Numbered from the stretch's first letter, positions 9,873 to 19,033 are shown. The stretch is DNA of 64,000 nucleotides from Candidatus Multivoradales bacterium (GCA_965248925.1 CBDFLE010000005.1:1440001-1504000), one strand, 5' to 3'. Translations and numbers: made by a program. The notes: generated by a model not told the origin, from the sequence alone.

Positions 9873-10613
9873 CTAAGTCTTTTTTTTCTGTGAGTTTGTG
9901 GTGTTCAAACAGTCTGTGGAAAAGCGCGGAAGATGTCGCCAGAGATCCAGATCCGGTGGAGCACAACGGAGATCTTTCAGCCGAACCATCAGCTCATCAT
10001 CCTCGGAGAGCGACTCCAGCTGAGCACTCAGCTCCGCGATCTGCTGGTTCAGCTGAACGATCATCTCCAGCAGAGGATCCAGCACCAGGCGAAGCTCGTC
10101 CTCGACCTTCAGGCGGACGAAGCGGTCAACGAAGCGCCGGGTCTCACAACGCGACATCCGGTAGCCATGGGAGCGCAGCGTCCCTCGGATCGAGTTGATC
10201 AGTCTGGTGCGATTTCTCACCAGCTCGGTGCGAACCCGCAGGCGCGTCCGCAGAAGCTGCGCTGCTTTGCTACGCTGATACACGCTACCCAGCAACACAC
10301 CGTCGAAGCGACTCAGCCGAGCCAAGATCTCCGCATCGATCGTGTCGCTCTTCAGCGTGCTCTCAGCGATCAAACGCACCCACCGCGGGTTGACCACGAT
10401 GACCTCATGGCCCCAGCTCTTCAAGAGCCGATACAACCAGGGAGTCACAGTGCCACACTCCATCACTAGCCGAGAGCGCTCCCGCTTGGCGAAGAATCGC
10501 CGCAGCGAAGTCTCCGTGGTTGCGACTTGCCGGCGCTCCAGGACACGACCTCGGGAGGAAAGAACGTAGATCTCGCTGTACTTTGTGTGAGCGTCGATGC
10601 CAACAGGGTCCAT
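9873..10613 (-). pseudogene. IS110-family transposase, 3'-truncated (RuvC DEDD domain and coiled coil only)
   Basis: VGIDAH, VMECG, KSDTIDA (D-E-D-D); similarity stops at MVRLK (~9976), before the expected PGVG/serine domain. Confidence 0.9.
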
Positions 10614-10701
10614 GGTCGGTTTCCCTTCGGGCACCACTGCGCCCTGGGGGGTTTCTCCCATGCAGGATGTCACTGATAGGAGACCGGCCGACTCATCTCA
10701 T
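10614..10701 (-). mobile_element. Left non-coding end of the IS110 element
   Basis: ~88 nt between the transposase ATG and a sharp junction with a half REP-like repeat. Confidence 0.55.
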
Positions 10702-10715
10702 CTGGCACCTATTTC
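10702..10715 (+). repeat. 3' half of REP-like repeat (CTGGCACCTATTTC)
   Basis: Exact 14-mer match to the repeat, directly abutting the IS110 left end. Confidence 0.85.
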
Positions 10716-10914
10716 TGGCAAGAGAGAACCCCGGAAATGCAGACAGCTATCTAGCTCACCAACTCTACAACCGCGATCTCGAACAAAGAGCGCTAAGGGG
10801 AGATCTAGCCCTTGACGGGCTACCCGCTAATGTGAATCAACTCTTTGGGCAAATCCCCATACTCAGCAGCCAAATGCTCCTGTAAGATCACGGCTTCTGA
10901 GAAGAGACGACGCT

Positions 10915-11523
10915 GTGAACCAAGACTCGGACATAACGGATCTGCTGCATGCCTGGCGGGATGGCGGCCCAGAGGGCCTCGATCAGCTGATGCCCCAGAT
11001 CATGGATGAGCTACGGCGGCTGGCCCGCGGCTACCTGGCGAGCGAAAGGCCCGATCACACCCTCCAACCCACCGCTCTGATCAACGAACTCTACCTGCGC
11101 TTGGCGGGGAGCCAACTGCGGGGCTTCGCCGATCGCCATCACTTCTTCGCTTTCGCCGCCAGCTTGCTGCGCCGAATTCTGGTCGATCACGGACGTGCCC
11201 GCCGCAGCCTCAAACGAGGGGGAAGGACCGAGCGGGTACCTCTCGATATGGCAGCGGACCAAGCGGCCAGCGCAGGTCTCGACCTGGACCTCGTGTTGGC
11301 GGTCGACCAAGCCCTGGCCAAGCTGGTGGACCTCAACCCACGGCAGGCGAAGATTGTCGAATTGCGCTACTTCGGGGGCCTGGGACTGCCGGAGATCGCC
11401 AGTCTTCTCGACTTGTCGCAATCCTCGGTGGAGAGAAGCTGGCGGGCCGCCAAACATTGGCTAGCCCACCAGATGACCAGCTCCCCAGCTTCAGCCCAAG
11501 CGCACGATCTACCGCTCAGGTAG
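10915..11523 (+). CDS. ECF sigma factor, TIGR02999-type (kinase-associated)
   Basis: DITDLLHAW, HTLQPTALINELYLRL, ILVDHGRAR, IVELRYFGGL. Confidence 0.92.
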   Translation: MNQDSDITDLLHAWRDGGPEGLDQLMPQIMDELRRLARGYLASERPDHTLQPTALINELYLRLAGSQLRGFADRHHFFAFAASLLRRILVDHGRARRSLKRGGRTERVPLDMAADQAASAGLDLDLVLAVDQALAKLVDLNPRQAKIVELRYFGGLGLPEIASLLDLSQSSVERSWRAAKHWLAHQMTSSPASAQAHDLPLR

Positions 11524-11526
11524 GTT

Positions 11527-11868
11527 CTAGAACAGACACATCAGTCCAAAGCCGTCACAGTACACGACTTCACCCGGAATGCTGTAGCAGTCATAGTCAC
11601 CCTGGCAGGTTATGGTGTATCCGTTTGGCCGCCAAGGAGTAGCCGGGCAAGTCGTCGAGGCGGAGCAGCTCCCTCCTCCTCCCCATCGAGTGTCGGTTTC
11701 CTCACCTTTATCGGCACGCTCTGAGGCTGCGCCAACGGTTGAAGATTCGCTAGTCGAACCCACGGCTTTTTCCGCGTCCTGCGCCGGGGTTTCGTTGGAC
11801 TCGGCCGCCCAGGCGGCTCCGAAGCACAGACAAGTAATCGCTAGGCAAACAATGAAGATCTTTCGCAT
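11527..11868 (-). CDS. Small secreted Cys-rich protein
   Basis: SD AAAGGA, signal peptide ending AWA, acidic linker, C-terminal domain with 6 Cys. Confidence 0.75.
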   Translation of the reverse strand: MRKIFIVCLAITCLCFGAAWAAESNETPAQDAEKAVGSTSESSTVGAASERADKGEETDTRWGGGGSCSASTTCPATPWRPNGYTITCQGDYDCYSIPGEVVYCDGFGLMCLF

Positions 11869-11978
11869 GACACTGCATCCTTTCCTTGAAGGGCCGGCTG
11901 CTGCCAGCCCTGTGGATGGGCATGGGATGCCCGGTAATTGGCTCTACCTGTGCCAGCGGAAAAGGAGGATCAAACCCT

Positions 11979-14900
11979 TCACTGTTTTTCAGCACCTTTC
12001 TCCACAACCCGCAGCTCCCGGTAAGATGTGGCCTGGGCCTGTTGGCCGTTGATCTCGTAGGCAGCGATCAAACGTTCCAGAGCGTTCTTGCTGCGAAAGT
12101 CCGCCGCGCCCAGCTCGGCGTGCAGCGCCCGGTAACTTTCGACCAAATGTGGCTCTGCCTCTCTCATCCGTCCTTGATCCCCTAGAATCTCTCCCAGTTG
12201 ACTCCTGGCGCTGAAGGTCTGCCTATGCCCGCCGCCGAAAGTCGACTCGTAGATAGAGACTGCTTCGCGCATCGGCGACTCGGCGGCCTGGAACTGACCT
12301 TGGAGATGTTTGAGCTTGCCGAGGTTTTGTAGCGTCGTCGCCAACAGTTGATGTTTGGCGGCAACGGTTTGCCGGTAGATTCCGAGGGCGCGGTTCAGGT
12401 AGCTCTCGCTCTCGGACCATAGGCCCTGGTCGAGGCAGGCGACTCCCAGCGACAACAACACTACCGCCACTCGCGAATGACTCTCACCCAGAAGAGCAAT
12501 CCGAACCGTGAGCGCTTGTTGCAGCAGCTCCTGGGCTCGCGAGTAGTCCTGCCGCCTGATGTAGACGTTGGCCAAGCTCTGCTGGGCAGCGGTGGTGCCC
12601 AGGTGGGGACCGTCTTCTTGCAGCTCCCAGATCCGTAGGGATTCGAGAAAGTAGCGCTCCGCTTGGTCCAGATCCAGCTGCTGAAAACGCAGATTACCCA
12701 AGTTGCTCAAAATTGAGGCAATGTTTGGGTGCCGTCCCCCCACCACCGCCCGCCAAGCCGCCAGGGAGCGCAGCAGCATCACCTCCCCGTTTTCGATATC
12801 GCCGCGCATCATCCGTGCGGTCGCGATGTTGTTGAGCAAGGTTGCGGTCACGAAATGACCGTCACCGACAAGTTCCTGCTGAATATCGAGTGCTTGCAAA
12901 TAGTAGTCTTCGGCCAGGCGCACCCGCCCCTGGCTGGCCATCACCACTCCCAGGTTGAGCAGGGCCTCGGCAGTTTCCTTCTTGCCCTCACCGAGAGATC
13001 GACGGGAAATCTCCAAGGTCTCCAGCAGCAGCGCCTCGGCGGCTGGATAGTCCTCTTCGAGGCGCAGTTGATTGGCAAGTTCGATGGCTTGGCGAATAGC
13101 TCGGGGATGCTCGACTCCTACTAACTTGTGGACCATCTCAAGACCGCGGCGCTGAGTACGCCGTGCCTGGTCGTGGAGGCCCTGCCTGCTCTCCACAGTG
13201 GCCAGGACGCTCAGCCCGGTGGCCAGATCCAGATGGTCGTCACCGAGTTCGCGCTGCCATATCTCGAAAGCAGTTTGCAGATGCTCGGTCGCTTCGGTGA
13301 GGCGCTCCTGGTCGCGCAACACTACCGCCAGGTCCAGGTGTGCATTGGCGATCGCGGGCTGGTTCCTGGCCAGACGTTGGTACATGGTCAGCGCCGACCT
13401 TAAATTGGACTCCGCCGGCGCGTAGATACCCAGATCGGTCAGCGTGTCGCCGAGATGCTGGAGCGATCTCGCTAGCTCAGGTGCCGGCGGTCGAAGGAGC
13501 TGGCGCTGGATCGCCAAGGCCCGTTCCCCCCGCTCGCGAGCTTGTGCCAAGTGGCTGTCGTAACGGTCGAGAACCGAGAGCTGGTAGAGCGTTGCCGCTG
13601 TTTCTATGTGGCGCTCGCCGTGAGTATCGAGGCGAATGTCGAGCGCTCTGTCGAGGAACTGGCGAGCTTCAGCGTAGGAGCCCAAGCTGGTGTAGACCCG
13701 ACCCAAAGTATGCATCACAGCGGCTTGCAGCAGCGGTTGCTCGGCCAAGCGGTCGATCTCTTCGACACTACGATCGAGTACCTCGCGCACGGAGATGTCT
13801 CCTCCGGCCGCATCCAGAGGGTCGGCGGCGGCAAGCATCTCGACCAAGAATGATGTCGCCCGCGCCGCTTGATCTTTGGCTTGGCGAGCTTCTCGACTAG
13901 AGGCTTGGCGGTCGAGACCAAAGAAAAGGCCAACGATCAGTAGACTGCTGGCCGCGACCAATTCTCGCCGCCTGCGGCCGAGGAACTTACCTAGCCGATA
14001 GACTGCCGTTCCCGATCGCGCCAGAATGGGCCGGCCCGCAAGGTGGTGGCCCAGGTCGCTCGCCAATGCTCGCACCGAGTCATAGCGCTGAGTCGGATCC
14101 TTGGCTAGAGCGGTGAGCAAGATGGTGTCGAGATCGCCGCGCAGCCTGCGGGCTAGCCACCGCGGTTCCAAACCTCGCAGTCCACTCAACTCCCGCCGCA
14201 GCGCCACCGTACCGGCGCTCACTACCGCGGCACTTGGTCGCAGCGACTCTACCTGGCGCACGATCTGTTCAAGTTCGCTCGCCGAGACTCCCGTCACGGC
14301 ATAGGGCAACTGGCCAGTCAACATCTCGAAAAGCAGCACTCCCAAGGCATAGACATCGGTGGCGGTGGTGATCGGGCCGCCGTCGAACTGTTCCGGGCTA
14401 GCGTAGACCGGGGTCAGGCGACGCAGACCGGCGGTGGTCTGCGTCGCACTCTGGAAACTGACCGGATCGAGGAGCTTGGAAATGCCAAAGTCCAACAGCG
14501 CCAGCTCGCGGTCGCGGGTGACCAGGATGTTCGCCGGCTTCAGGTCTCGATGGACAATCAACCGCTGGTGGGCATGGTGCACAACCCTGCAAACTCGCCG
14601 CACCAAGTCGATTCGGGCTCCGATCCCTAGCTGCCGGCGGTCGCAGTAGTGATCGAGGCGCTCACCCTCGATATAATCCATCACCAAGTACGGTCGCCCA
14701 CGATCCGAAGTGCCACCGCCCAACAAGCGAGCGATTCCAGGGTGGCGCAACGACTCCAAGACCTCACGCTCGCGGCGGAAGCGCCGCGCCAACTCGTCGG
14801 TCTCGAGCCCCCGCTTGAGCAACTTCAAAGCCACCGGCTGGCCACCGTGCAGAGTCTCACTGCAAGCCAAGTAGACCTTGGATGTCCCCCCTTCCCCAAG

Positions 14901-15170
14901 AAGTCGCAGCAACTTGTAGGATCCGAAGGTACCTGTCTCGATCTCTGGATCCCGATCGTCCCAGAACCCCTGGAGTGGCGAAGAATCCAAGCGCTGCAAG
15001 AGATCGCTAGACGGCTCCAAGAGGGCCTTGGAGAGCTGTAGGAGGCGCTCGTCTTCGGCACATCGGCGGCGCAGAAAACTACTCCGTTGGCTCGGCGCCA
15101 GGTTCAGAGACTCGGTCATCAGCGCATGCGCGCGCTGTTCCAAATCTCGATCTTGGTCTCTGCCTCGCAT
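11979..15170 (-). CDS. Transmembrane Ser/Thr protein kinase with extracytoplasmic TPR repeats
   Basis: LGEGGTSKV, VALK, HRDLKPANIL, DFG, YASPEQ, DVYALG; one TM; long TPR array; SD AGGAG before ATG 15170. Confidence 0.95.
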   Translation of the reverse strand: MRGRDQDRDLEQRAHALMTESLNLAPSQRSSFLRRRCAEDERLLQLSKALLEPSSDLLQRLDSSPLQGFWDDRDPEIETGTFGSYKLLRLLGEGGTSKVYLACSETLHGGQPVALKLLKRGLETDELARRFRREREVLESLRHPGIARLLGGGTSDRGRPYLVMDYIEGERLDHYCDRRQLGIGARIDLVRRVCRVVHHAHQRLIVHRDLKPANILVTRDRELALLDFGISKLLDPVSFQSATQTTAGLRRLTPVYASPEQFDGGPITTATDVYALGVLLFEMLTGQLPYAVTGVSASELEQIVRQVESLRPSAAVVSAGTVALRRELSGLRGLEPRWLARRLRGDLDTILLTALAKDPTQRYDSVRALASDLGHHLAGRPILARSGTAVYRLGKFLGRRRRELVAASSLLIVGLFFGLDRQASSREARQAKDQAARATSFLVEMLAAADPLDAAGGDISVREVLDRSVEEIDRLAEQPLLQAAVMHTLGRVYTSLGSYAEARQFLDRALDIRLDTHGERHIETAATLYQLSVLDRYDSHLAQARERGERALAIQRQLLRPPAPELARSLQHLGDTLTDLGIYAPAESNLRSALTMYQRLARNQPAIANAHLDLAVVLRDQERLTEATEHLQTAFEIWQRELGDDHLDLATGLSVLATVESRQGLHDQARRTQRRGLEMVHKLVGVEHPRAIRQAIELANQLRLEEDYPAAEALLLETLEISRRSLGEGKKETAEALLNLGVVMASQGRVRLAEDYYLQALDIQQELVGDGHFVTATLLNNIATARMMRGDIENGEVMLLRSLAAWRAVVGGRHPNIASILSNLGNLRFQQLDLDQAERYFLESLRIWELQEDGPHLGTTAAQQSLANVYIRRQDYSRAQELLQQALTVRIALLGESHSRVAVVLLSLGVACLDQGLWSESESYLNRALGIYRQTVAAKHQLLATTLQNLGKLKHLQGQFQAAESPMREAVSIYESTFGGGHRQTFSARSQLGEILGDQGRMREAEPHLVESYRALHAELGAADFRSKNALERLIAAYEINGQQAQATSYRELRVVEKGAEKQ

Positions 15171-15445
15171 GGTGTCTCCTCGGCGCGCCGGTGGCTTGAT
15201 GGCGACAAGAATTCGGCTCGCAAACAGTATATGTTCGGGGCTCTTACTGCTTTGGTCCTGGGGAAAGCTACTGAAGAGTAGAAGATACCGAGTGCTGGCG
15301 AAGCCCTGTGACTTTCTCCGAGCAACCCGGTCTGCTCTACTAGAAAAACAACTACTGCGGCCCGATCTACTCACCGCGGATTCTCTCCGCGGTGAATTCG
15401 GCTGGGCTGCAATTTCTGACAAGTCTTAGAAAAGGAGCCCGTTGA

Positions 15446-16303
15446 ATGCAAAGCGAGTCGACGCCTGGAGCCTTGCCCCAAACCCTGCTTGAAAACCTGC
15501 TTGAAAACTTGCAAGGAGCCCTCACCGCATGGGGCCCCAAAGTACTTGCCGCCTTGGCGATCCTGGTCGTCGGCTACTTCGGCGCCAAGATCGTTGCTGC
15601 CCTCTTTGCCAAGGGGCTGAAGCAGGCCCACTTCGATGAGACCTTGGTCCGGTTCTTGAAGAACATCGTCTACATGCTGATCCTGGCCTTCGTGGCCATC
15701 GCCGCCCTTTCCAAATTAGGCTTCGACACTACTTCGCTAGCCGCTATCTTTGCCGCCGCCGGCCTGGCTATCGGCTTTGCGCTTCAGGGCTCGCTGGGTA
15801 GCTTCGCCTCTGGAGTCATGCTGATCGCGCTACGCCCATTCAAGGTTGGCGATCTAGTAGAAGTTGCTGGCGTCACCGGCGTGGTCGAGGAAGTAAGTGT
15901 CTTCGCCACTACCCTCAACACCACCGACAACACCAAAATCATCGTCCCCAACGGCGAAATCACCGCCGGCAACATCTCTAACTACACTGCCAACGACGCC
16001 CGCCGTCTCGACATGGTTTTCGGCATTGGCTACACCGATGACATCCGCAAAGCAAAAGAAGTCTTCATGCGGGTGCTGAAGGAAGAGCCGTTGGTGCTCG
16101 ACACTCCGGCACCGCAGGTGGCGCTATCTGAACTGGCCGATTCGAGCGTCAACTTCGTGGTCCGCCCCTGGGTTAAGCCAGAGCACTACTGGAAAGCCTG
16201 GTTCGCCATCACTGAGAAGATCAAGCTCGAGTGCGATGCCAACGGGCTGTCGATCCCCTACCCGCAGCAAGACACTCACATCCACCAGGTCAACGCGGCC
16301 TGA
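15446..16303 (+). CDS. mscS: Small-conductance mechanosensitive channel
   Basis: AAGLAIGFALQGSLGSFASG, PFKVGD, IPYPQQD motifs. Confidence 0.92.
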   Translation: MQSESTPGALPQTLLENLLENLQGALTAWGPKVLAALAILVVGYFGAKIVAALFAKGLKQAHFDETLVRFLKNIVYMLILAFVAIAALSKLGFDTTSLAAIFAAAGLAIGFALQGSLGSFASGVMLIALRPFKVGDLVEVAGVTGVVEEVSVFATTLNTTDNTKIIVPNGEITAGNISNYTANDARRLDMVFGIGYTDDIRKAKEVFMRVLKEEPLVLDTPAPQVALSELADSSVNFVVRPWVKPEHYWKAWFAITEKIKLECDANGLSIPYPQQDTHIHQVNAA

Positions 16304-16377
16304 GCCCAGACGCAATCTGATGTCGATAGAGCCGGTGCGTTGCAGCCGAACCACCGGCTCTTTTCTGCTCGGCCGTC

Positions 16378-17370
16378 TCAAGTCACCTTTTTGAATCCTG
16401 CCCGTAGATTGACGAATCGGTTCAGCAGGTCGAACCAAAACGGCGCCCCCAGAGAAGCCGCCAAACCGGTCAGCAGAAAGCCCAAGAAATGGCCGGCTAT
16501 CCACTGCCAGAAAACCGCCAAGAAAGAGCTTCCCGAATGCTCCCGCCTCGCCTCAGCCAGGGAGGTCAAGGGTAGGTCGAATTCTTGGAATTCCAGAATC
16601 AGCGCTTCGAGGTCTTCCCGATCGTTCCCTTTAGAGACCTCAGATACCGCCGCGGCCTCAGCCGCCGTCTGGCCCGCGGTCGCGCCCTCCAGCGCCGCAG
16701 CCGGCGCGTCGGCAGCGACCAAATCCGGATGCTGTTGCAGATAGTCGGTCGCTGCTGCGACCACTTTGCCGCGCAACTCATCGTCGGTCCACAGTTCCTC
16801 GCCAATCTGCAAGGAGTCGACTCCCATCACCGCCGCCACCGCCAACGAAATCCCCAATAGCATGGTCTGCGACCAGCGCTTGTACCAACCGGACACCTCG
16901 TCCATCGAGGCGTCGAACCAATCACCGATCCCTTGCTTGGCCTGCTCGAAATCACCAGCCGCACTGTCCACCAGGGTCAGCAGAGCCCGCTGGACGGCCG
17001 TGTCTTCGATCTTCTCTACCGCCCCCCGCAACCCGGCGAAGTCGGTCGGCAACCCCTCCTTCTCATCCAAGCTCGACAGCAAGCCGAGGACAAAAGTCTT
17101 GGTCGGCACATAGGCTGGCCAGGCGGTGTTCAGACGCAACAAGCGGCTGAGCCCGGCAAACCAGGTCGGGTGCTTCAGCCCGGCGACCAGCGGGTGCTCG
17201 TGCACTTGCCGACCAAGCTCGCTGCCCACCAGATTCTTCACCCCTCGCCACAGCATTCGCCCTCGCATCGCCAAGATCCCGGCAAACCACTCGTTGATCA
17301 TCGACGAGATCAGGCTGACAAAGGCAAAAACGAAAGCTAAACCAACTACGACTTCCAGAATGTCCAGCAT
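16378..17370 (-). CDS. Hypothetical membrane protein
   Basis: SD AGGAGGAG; TM segments; conserved-looking WFDASMDEVSGWYKR and SLGAPFWFDLL. Confidence 0.8.
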   Translation of the reverse strand: MLDILEVVVGLAFVFAFVSLISSMINEWFAGILAMRGRMLWRGVKNLVGSELGRQVHEHPLVAGLKHPTWFAGLSRLLRLNTAWPAYVPTKTFVLGLLSSLDEKEGLPTDFAGLRGAVEKIEDTAVQRALLTLVDSAAGDFEQAKQGIGDWFDASMDEVSGWYKRWSQTMLLGISLAVAAVMGVDSLQIGEELWTDDELRGKVVAAATDYLQQHPDLVAADAPAAALEGATAGQTAAEAAAVSEVSKGNDREDLEALILEFQEFDLPLTSLAEARREHSGSSFLAVFWQWIAGHFLGFLLTGLAASLGAPFWFDLLNRFVNLRAGFKKVT

Positions 17371-17459
17371 CGGTCTCCTCCTGCGGTTGGATCTGGGCAA
17401 GGATACACCTACCCCAAAGATCCGTGACAATCAGCGACTCGACCCTGACTAGGTTTCAA

Positions 17460-17839
17460 TCACCCGACCTGTCGCGCCCGCCACCTGCCCCCCAAGACGG
17501 TGCCCGGCAGCAACAAGCTGAGGAAGCTCAGGTGATACCACAGCGGCATGACCTGCCAATACTGCACCTGAACCAGGATGCCGATGATCAGCTGCACCAC
17601 CCCCAGGGCCAACGCGTGACGCAGCTCTGCCCGGCGGGCGACCCGCGCGGTCAACCACCAGCGCCGATCGAACAGCCGACGCTCAACGCCAGAATAGCCA
17701 GCAACAAACCGCCATCCTCGGTCGAACCATCGGTCCGAAAGCGACTGGCGAAAGTGCCCCTGAGAACGGCATTTCCTACTAACCACAGCGCAGTCCAGGT
17801 CAGGAAACCCACCAAGACAGCACCTGCACTACGTCTCAT
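17460..17839 (-). pseudogene. Small 4-TM membrane protein split by a single-base frameshift (~17657)
   Basis: MRRSAGAVLVGFL...CSIGAG continues in another frame as WLTARVARR...GRWRARQVG; SD AGGAGGT. Confidence 0.75.
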
Positions 17840-17850
17840 GCCGACCTCCT

Positions 17851-18375
17851 TCAAACCCGCGCATCGAGTGGCCAATGCTCGCTAGCGCAACGTTTCGGGG
17901 CAAATGGAGCCAGAATCGCGAACAGCAGGTAGAGCAGTCGCGTGCCCAGCGATGGCTTGCCAGTCTCGATCACCGCCTTCAGGGTGTTGCAGATCATCGT
18001 CCCTCCCTGGAGCATTTGCTTGGCGGTCTTGGTGCCCTTGGCAAGATCTAGAATGGTCAAAGTGAACTCGACTCCGTCCGCCCGCTGCTCCAGGTCGTAG
18101 ACCACCTGGCAGGCAGGATCGTCGTAAGAAGTGAAGCGGAAGGTGTGGGAAAACCTCACCCGCTCCTCGATCTCGATCACCTCACCCGCCACCACCGTGT
18201 ACTTGCCGTTGGCGGAGCACATACGCACCGGTGCGCCGGGGGTCAGTTGGGTGGTGTGCAGCCGCGAATTGAACATCGCTTTCTGCAGTTCATCGGTCTT
18301 GGTCAGCTCATTCCACACCTGTTCGAGGGTGCCGTTGATGTGCACCTTGAAGACGTTTTTCGGTCGTTCGCTCAT
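17851..18375 (-). CDS. SRPBCC/AHSA1-like domain protein
   Basis: VHINGTLEQVWNELT, GEVIEIE, LKAVIETG; coupled to an ArsR gene. Confidence 0.88.
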   Translation of the reverse strand: MSERPKNVFKVHINGTLEQVWNELTKTDELQKAMFNSRLHTTQLTPGAPVRMCSANGKYTVVAGEVIEIEERVRFSHTFRFTSYDDPACQVVYDLEQRADGVEFTLTILDLAKGTKTAKQMLQGGTMICNTLKAVIETGKPSLGTRLLYLLFAILAPFAPKRCASEHWPLDARV

Positions 18376-18689
18376 TCTTCCTCCGGGTTCTCGACACGAT
18401 ATTTGAGTGCCGTCAGGCCGGCTGTCCAGATAGCGCTGAATTCAGTCGTCCAACGGTCGTAGATCCCCTGGATCGGCACCGCGTTGAAGTACAGGAGACG
18501 CTGGCGCCCCTGGCGGCTGGAAATCACCAAATCGGCATCCTGCAGAACCTTCAAGTGCTTGATCACCGCAATCCGAGAGATCTCGAAATGCCAGCACAGC
18601 TCGCCAACGCTGAGCCCCGGCGAGTGGTTGAGAATGTCCAAGATCGACCGCCGTACCGAGCTGGCCAAGGCCTTGAAGGTCTGATCCAT
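18372..18689 (-). CDS. ArsR/SmtB-family transcriptional regulator
   Basis: FKALASSVRRSIL, ISRIAVIKHLKVL, LYFNAVPIQ..DRW. Confidence 0.92.
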   Translation of the reverse strand: MDQTFKALASSVRRSILDILNHSPGLSVGELCWHFEISRIAVIKHLKVLQDADLVISSRQGRQRLLYFNAVPIQGIYDRWTTEFSAIWTAGLTALKYRVENPEEE

Positions 18690-18708
18690 GGAAGTAGGTG
18701 ATTGCCTC

Positions 18709-18753
18709 TTCATATGTAACCAATAAGTTACATATGAATGCACGAACTGTCAA
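18709..18753 (-). promoter_or_regulatory. ArsR operator (12-6-12 perfect inverted repeat) overlapping a sigma70-like promoter
   Basis: TTCATATGTAAC-CAATAA-GTTACATATGAA (18709-18738); TTGACA on minus strand at 18748-18753. Confidence 0.8.
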
Positions 18754-18760
18754 GGAGCAT

Positions 18761-18790
18761 AAAAAATGGCCCCCGGATTGCCCGAGAGCC
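18761..18790 (-). terminator. Intrinsic terminator
   Basis: GGCTCTCGGG-CAA-TCCGGGGGCC stem followed by ATTTTTT on minus strand. Confidence 0.75.
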
Positions 18791-19022
18791 GAAGCTAGTA
18801 GAGGGACTCGTTCTGGACTGGTGACAACGAGGGGCTAGCTGGCGACCGCCATCGCGAGGCGCTCGCCTCGTTGTCCTTCTCGACCCCAGCGGTCTCTAAC
18901 CGGCGCGGGTCTGATGCACTGTGGCCCACCCTGATCGGTGCGGTGCTGGCGAACCCTGTTATGGCGCTTTCAGGCGCAACATAAGCAGGGCTCTCATCTC
19001 CTCCTTCTGCCCAGATTGTTGA
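18761..19022 (-). ncRNA. Candidate structured small RNA (possibly with 12-aa ORF 18959-18997)
   Basis: Several stems, its own terminator, upstream sigma54-like box and IHF-like sites; no long credible ORF. Confidence 0.45.
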
Positions 19023-19033
19023 GCGGCCCTCAT

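Noticed and set aside
15171-15422. 84-aa N-terminal extension of the kinase
   Set aside because: Good SD before ATG 15170; the extension covers the divergent promoter region
15484-15507. 12-bp tandem duplication CCTGCTTGAAAA in the mscS 5' end
   Set aside because: In-frame, only two copies, no evidence for phase variation
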